Of a stretch of 38,637 bases of DNA, positions 34,335-38,637 are shown piece by piece (the first letter of the stretch is position 1; each line of letters opens with the position of its first letter). The position numbers were made by a program, and so were the translations under genes. The DNA lies in the IMG/VR virus record IMGVR_UViG_3300026302_000005, positions 337,301-375,937 of that record; one strand, 5' to 3'. The notes below the pieces were generated by a model. That model did not search any database. It saw only the letters and a list, made by a program, of their open reading frames with translations, and was not told the DNA's origin. Source of the stretch: a virus (lineage: Duplodnaviria > Heunggongvirae > Uroviricota > Caudoviricetes).

Positions 34335-35030
34335 TCAGTTGTCTTGCTCAAGTTCGATGTTCCAGTAGACGTAATCGGCCCACGATTCGTGACCGAACGG
34401 ACTGGGGTAGGATCGACCTTTCTCTCGCAGTTCCCATGCATTTGGGATGTATGGTTCCCGCAGGAGTCTGAGCTTTGCCTCTTTGGGCGTTCGATCAGCC
34501 TTGGCGAAGTTGACATCACGGTGGCAGGTGACCAGGTTCAACCAGTTTGTCTTGCCACCACGCGATGCGGGCATGACGTGATCCAAAGTCAACTCTGATA
34601 TCGGATACTTGATGCCCGTATACTGACAGGTGTAGTCGTCCCGCAGATACACGTTGCCACGGTTGAACGGGGCTCGGTCTGGCATAGCTGCCATCTTGAC
34701 CAACGCCACGACCGATGGAATACGAAACTCCGTGGTGCCGGTGTGAACGTAGTCATCATACTCGGCCACAACCGAGATGATCGGGGGCTTACCCTCGGCC
34801 ATGCGGTTCCAGCCCTTGGACAGCCAGAAGAAGGCTTTGGTCCATGGGATGGTGGACAGCGGCTTGTAGCTCATCGGGATGTAGTCGGCATTCAACAACA
34901 GAACCCGACGGTTTGCCAACCGGGGAACAGATCGAGCTTGCTGCTCGTGCATGTCATCGAGATCGACCAAATCATCTTCGGTGGATACATCACCAAATCT
35001 GAGTGCTCGAATGCTGCTTTGCTTGACCAT
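34335..35030 (-). CDS. HNH endonuclease (McrA/HNH_5-like)
   Basis: RVLLLNADY.P, IPSVV.L, NR.NVYLRD..TCQY, TLDHVMP.SRGG..NW.NLVTC. TTGACA-N17-TAAGAA promoter at 35051-35079. Confidence 0.9.
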   Translation of the reverse strand: MVKQSSIRALRFGDVSTEDDLVDLDDMHEQQARSVPRLANRRVLLLNADYIPMSYKPLSTIPWTKAFFWLSKGWNRMAEGKPPIISVVAEYDDYVHTGTTEFRIPSVVALVKMAAMPDRAPFNRGNVYLRDDYTCQYTGIKYPISELTLDHVMPASRGGKTNWLNLVTCHRDVNFAKADRTPKEAKLRLLREPYIPNAWELREKGRSYPSPFGHESWADYVYWNIELEQDN

Positions 35031-35208
35031 GAGCGTCCCCCTTTCGCCCCTTCTTACCAGGTGGGCATGGGTTTGTCAATGTCTTTTGATCCCAAACACC
35101 AGTCACCCTCGTGGTGGGTTGATCCCGATTATGTAGATGGTCGGCATGAGGATTCAAGAGCCCCCGAATCGTATACCATAGCCACATAGGGGGTGATAAA
35201 TAGTAATC

Positions 35209-36480
35209 ATGACCACATCGATCAGCAAAACCTTCTGCGTTCTCCCCTGGACTCATCAAATGGTTAACCCCAACGGCAGGGTTCAACTGTGCTGTGTATC
35301 ACCCCACGATGGGTTTGGATCAGCTAATGCTCTCGACGAAGCGTGGAACAATGATACTATCCGACACGTTCGTGAGCAGATGATCAAGGGCGAGCAGGTG
35401 TCATACTGTTCCATATGCTATCAACGTGAGGCGCTTGGTAGAAATTCACCAAGAAACGAGTTCAATGGTAAATGGGCAAACGATCCAGAGATACAGCAAA
35501 CCGTCGAACGTTCAATCGAAAATGAGTTCGTCGTAGATACCAGTCCACGATATTTGGATTTGAGGTTCGGTAACCTGTGCAACCTTGTTTGCAAAATGTG
35601 CTGGGGTAATAATAGCAGTCAGATCGAGAAGGATCATAAAAGACTATTCGCGCTGGACCCAGATGGATTCCAACAATGGATCGGTGATAAGCCCCAGGAA
35701 TTTGATGGGATGGATTGGTATAACGATCAGCGGGTCTGGGAAATCCTCGACACCTATATGCCGAATCTGACCGATCTATACCTCACCGGTGGTGAGCCCA
35801 CCATGATACAGGAGAACTCCGCATTCCTGCAAAAATGCGTTGATCGTGGGTATTCCAAAAACATCACCGTTCGCTATAACACAAATGCCACAAACGTCAA
35901 CCCAACCCTACTGGAACTCAGCAAACATTTCAAAAAGACCGTGTTTGCATGTTCTATAGATGGAACCGGGTTGGTTCAGGAATACATCAGGCCACCGAGT
36001 AAGTGGAGCAGTGTTTTCAAAAACATAATGCGATTGGTGAATTTGTCCTATTCACATCCTATCGTCGTGCGGATTAACATGACCGTCCAGGTTTACAACA
36101 TCGTAACCCTGACGAGAATGCTGGACGAGTTGTGGGAACTGCTAAAAGATCATGGCGTTGGTATACACGGCGTTGGTATATCTGTCAAACCCCTGCTGAA
36201 ACCGTATAGACACAACCTTCAAAATCTACCCACTGGTATGAAAGCGCAACTCGTGCATGACATTACCGAGTGGAAAGAACGAACACAACTCGAACCCCAA
36301 CTGTTGAATGGGCTGGATTCAATTATTACCCAACTGGAAACCGATGCAAGGCATCACATGACACTGGAAGACTATCTGGGATATGCGGACTTCGTTGATC
36401 AGAACAAATCGGTCAACATCCGGTCTCATCTTCCCGAACTGGTGACCATGCTGGAAACGTATGCAGACCGAAGAACATAA
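35209..36480 (+). CDS. radical SAM protein with N-terminal twitch/SPASM domain
   Basis: FCVLPW...NG.V.LCC, C..CY..E, CNLVCKMC, LYLTGGEP, SIDG and YIR.PS.W. Confidence 0.88.
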   Translation: MTTSISKTFCVLPWTHQMVNPNGRVQLCCVSPHDGFGSANALDEAWNNDTIRHVREQMIKGEQVSYCSICYQREALGRNSPRNEFNGKWANDPEIQQTVERSIENEFVVDTSPRYLDLRFGNLCNLVCKMCWGNNSSQIEKDHKRLFALDPDGFQQWIGDKPQEFDGMDWYNDQRVWEILDTYMPNLTDLYLTGGEPTMIQENSAFLQKCVDRGYSKNITVRYNTNATNVNPTLLELSKHFKKTVFACSIDGTGLVQEYIRPPSKWSSVFKNIMRLVNLSYSHPIVVRINMTVQVYNIVTLTRMLDELWELLKDHGVGIHGVGISVKPLLKPYRHNLQNLPTGMKAQLVHDITEWKERTQLEPQLLNGLDSIITQLETDARHHMTLEDYLGYADFVDQNKSVNIRSHLPELVTMLETYADRRT

Positions 36481-36482
36481 CT

Positions 36483-36511
36483 CTTGCAGTATCTCTGAAC
36501 CTGTGATATAG
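36483..36511 (+). promoter_or_regulatory. sigma70-like promoter TTGCAG-N17-TATAGT
   Basis: Upstream of the AAGGAG RBS of 36535. Confidence 0.55.
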
Positions 36512-36534
36512 TGGGTTCAACAAGGAGATCAGAC

Positions 36535-36873
36535 ATGACCACAGTCGTTACCCCAGAGCAGATTCGCGAACTTCTCGGCAAGCACCCGGGATGGTTTGGT
36601 GTGACCTTCACCAAGAAGGATGGCAGCGAGCGTCGTATGACTGCTCAGATGGGTGTGCGCAAACACCTCAAGGGCGGGCAGGCCGCATACAGCTTCTCCG
36701 ACAAGGGGTTGATCCCTGTGTGGGATCGCAACGCTGTGGTGAAAAATCCCGACGGAACCATCAAGGATACCGGCTACCGGTCGGTAAATACCGCTGCGAT
36801 CAAGCAACTTCGTGCTCGGGGTCGCGTGTGGGAAAACCGTGAGGGTCAGATGGTCGAGGTCACTCAACGGTAA
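36535..36873 (+). CDS. SH3-like beta-barrel (WYL_2/DUF2693-like) phage protein
   Basis: FGVTFTKKDGSERRM...VWD....YRS. Confidence 0.65.
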   Translation: MTTVVTPEQIRELLGKHPGWFGVTFTKKDGSERRMTAQMGVRKHLKGGQAAYSFSDKGLIPVWDRNAVVKNPDGTIKDTGYRSVNTAAIKQLRARGRVWENREGQMVEVTQR

Positions 36874-36891
36874 CCCGCACAAGGGGGACTG

Positions 36892-37311
36892 ATGAGCTAC
36901 ATCACGGACGCGATTACCCAACTCACCAAGGATAGAGTCGAGGTCCACAAACTTCGACTCCAACTGATTGCATACCTGAGACAGACCAACGATGCGGTCG
37001 GTGGTAACGCTATGATTCAAGAGTATGTCGATGGCCTGGGCATTCATGTGCCGGGTGGCCACGACTACCTGAATTATCTACCCGACCTGATTCACCTCAA
37101 ATCGGTGCTGGCCCCGACCTGGACTACATCGCGATTCGAAAAGGTTGGGGACTTCTGGGCCATCAGCGTTCAGTCCCCAGATCAATCATACGATTGCAAG
37201 TATGTCGCAACCAACCCATTGTTCCCACTGGCGGTTTCGATCATAACGGCCCGCCTCATGGATTTTGGTAAAAAGATCGACGACATTGGCCCTGTCATTA
37301 CCAATTCATGA
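36892..37311 (+). CDS. hypothetical protein
   Basis: 139 aa ORF with GGGG RBS. Confidence 0.65.
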   Translation: MSYITDAITQLTKDRVEVHKLRLQLIAYLRQTNDAVGGNAMIQEYVDGLGIHVPGGHDYLNYLPDLIHLKSVLAPTWTTSRFEKVGDFWAISVQSPDQSYDCKYVATNPLFPLAVSIITARLMDFGKKIDDIGPVITNS

Positions 37312-38576
37312 AAAATCAACCGGTTATCGACAACGACTCATTTTGTTACATTCCCTGGACCCACCAGATGGTGCCAGGGAATGGTGCGGTGAATTTGTGT
37401 TGTCATTCTGGTAAGTCGGTTGGATCATTCCGAACTATAGAGCAGGATTGGAACAACGAAGTAATCCGCAAGATACGAGCCGATATGGTTGCTGGCCGAC
37501 CGATTGCCGCTTGTCGGGGATGTGTTGCTCATGAAAAGTTTGGGAATTATTCACCCAGGATGCGCTACAACACCCGATGGCCAAAGTCGATCACTGATGA
37601 GCGAGTATTGAAGTCGATTGAAAACGACTTTCATGTGGAAGAGTATCCGGTATCGCTGGACATCCGATTCGGAAACCTCTGCAATCTCGTCTGCAAGATG
37701 TGTGAGCCAAAGAACTCCAGTCAGATCGGTAAGGATTTCGTCGATCTCCAGAAGCTCGACCCAGTGGGGTATGCCGAAGTCATTGGGGACTCAGGGACCT
37801 CTTTCGGCTACGACGGTGACATCACGGAAGAGCATTGGAATACGTTCGAACGCTACATGCCGTTCATCAGAACTCTTTACCTGGCCGGTGGAGAACCAAC
37901 ACTATCCAAAGACAACATCCGCCTGTTGAAGCGGTGCGTCGAACTGGGGTATGCGTCGAGTATTGCCATAACCATCAACACGAACATCACCAATATCAAT
38001 ACCGATCTGCTGGAGATGCTGTCACAATTCCACTTCGTTATGATTATCGCCAGCATCGACGGCATCCATCAGGTGCAGGAATACATCCGGTATCCCAGCA
38101 AATGGGAGACCATCGACCGAAACCTCAACAGGATCGCTGCATGGGCGGCGGAGCATGTCAGTCGCAACCTGACAATTGCAACCACGGTCCAGGTATACAA
38201 CATCCTGAGTCTACCCCAGATTCTCGATCACTTCATTGGCGTGGCAAAGACACACGGGCTTGATCGGTTCAAATTCGAAATCATCGGACTGATCAGACCT
38301 GATATACTATCGATTCGCAACACCACCCCGCTTATCCGAGCCATCGGTAGGATACGCCTTCAAAACTGGTGGGATGCTCAGGATAACCCGGAACAGTGGT
38401 TCTTCGGTCAGGGGGAAGGGGTGAAGTCGGTTCTTGAGATGCTTCAAGGTGAGTCCAGGAACGACTCGACCAAAAAATTGTTGCAATACAGTAGGTTCGT
38501 GGATCAGAACAAGAAGTCGAAGTTAGAGACCGCCATCCCTGATTTATATCGACTACTGATCAGAGATGCAGGTTGA
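37308..38576 (+). CDS. radical SAM protein with N-terminal twitch/SPASM domain (paralog of 35209)
   Basis: FCYIPW, LCC, C..C..HE, CNLVCKMC, LYLAGGEP, SIDG and YIRYPSKW. Confidence 0.88.
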   Translation: MKNQPVIDNDSFCYIPWTHQMVPGNGAVNLCCHSGKSVGSFRTIEQDWNNEVIRKIRADMVAGRPIAACRGCVAHEKFGNYSPRMRYNTRWPKSITDERVLKSIENDFHVEEYPVSLDIRFGNLCNLVCKMCEPKNSSQIGKDFVDLQKLDPVGYAEVIGDSGTSFGYDGDITEEHWNTFERYMPFIRTLYLAGGEPTLSKDNIRLLKRCVELGYASSIAITINTNITNINTDLLEMLSQFHFVMIIASIDGIHQVQEYIRYPSKWETIDRNLNRIAAWAAEHVSRNLTIATTVQVYNILSLPQILDHFIGVAKTHGLDRFKFEIIGLIRPDILSIRNTTPLIRAIGRIRLQNWWDAQDNPEQWFFGQGEGVKSVLEMLQGESRNDSTKKLLQYSRFVDQNKKSKLETAIPDLYRLLIRDAG

Positions 38577-38601
38577 CATGATGGAAGAATCGCCGTATAT
38601 A
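38573..38601 (+). promoter_or_regulatory. sigma70-like promoter TTGACA-N17-TATATA
   Basis: Its gene lies beyond the window end. Confidence 0.55.
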
Positions 38602-38637
38602 GATGGTGTTGTCGATGTGGAGGTTTCCCGCGTCAGG

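Noticed and set aside
35031-35196. Possible small ORF or ncRNA between the HNH and radical SAM genes
   Set aside because: Partly explained by two divergent promoters. I found no convincing RBS-ORF or stable structure in the remainder.
36785-36790. TAAATA inside the WYL_2-like gene
   Set aside because: Intragenic and about 100 nt from the next start. It could be an internal late promoter, but the sequence alone does not support the call.
1-38637. Integrase, transposase, introns/inteins or a reverse-transcriptase (DGR/retron) system
   Set aside because: No corresponding catalytic motifs, terminal repeats or template/variable repeat pairs were recognised.

Overview
This window looks like part of a large (jumbo-type) tailed dsDNA phage genome. 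The host is probably an alphaproteobacterium, inferred from a DUF1127 small protein and sigma70-like promoters whose -10 boxes mostly lack the last T. Recognisable genes are a GH108 endolysin, a PAAR spike-tip protein, a T4 Rnl1-like RNA ligase, a metallophosphoesterase, a cyclic-phosphate-processing receiver-like protein, an XpaC-TelA pair, three radical SAM enzymes, two HNH nucleases, tRNA-Cys(GCA) and an Acb1/gp57B-like 2H phosphodiesterase. Two promoter classes divide the genes: TTGACR-N17-TA... sits before small early-type genes, and TAAATA (T4 late-like) sits before virion-type genes. The most striking pattern is a ~12 kb late operon (about 22.0-34.0 kb) plus three satellite genes. Their proteins mostly begin with an M-[RQ]-[LF]-x-[ED]-[LFI]-like leader resembling T4 internal-protein capsid-targeting sequences. 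They are strings of enzyme-like modules (ADP-ribosyltransferase-like, GNAT, 2H, PcfJ, DUF5661 and an unknown triplicated domain), and the module boundaries fall on [LVIM]-x-E motifs, the T4 prohead-protease-type cleavage site. I infer a head-packaged, protease-processed polyprotein cargo that is injected into the host. The largest member is split by a one-base shift at a G7 run (27997-28003). All family assignments come from motif recognition by eye; no database searches were run.
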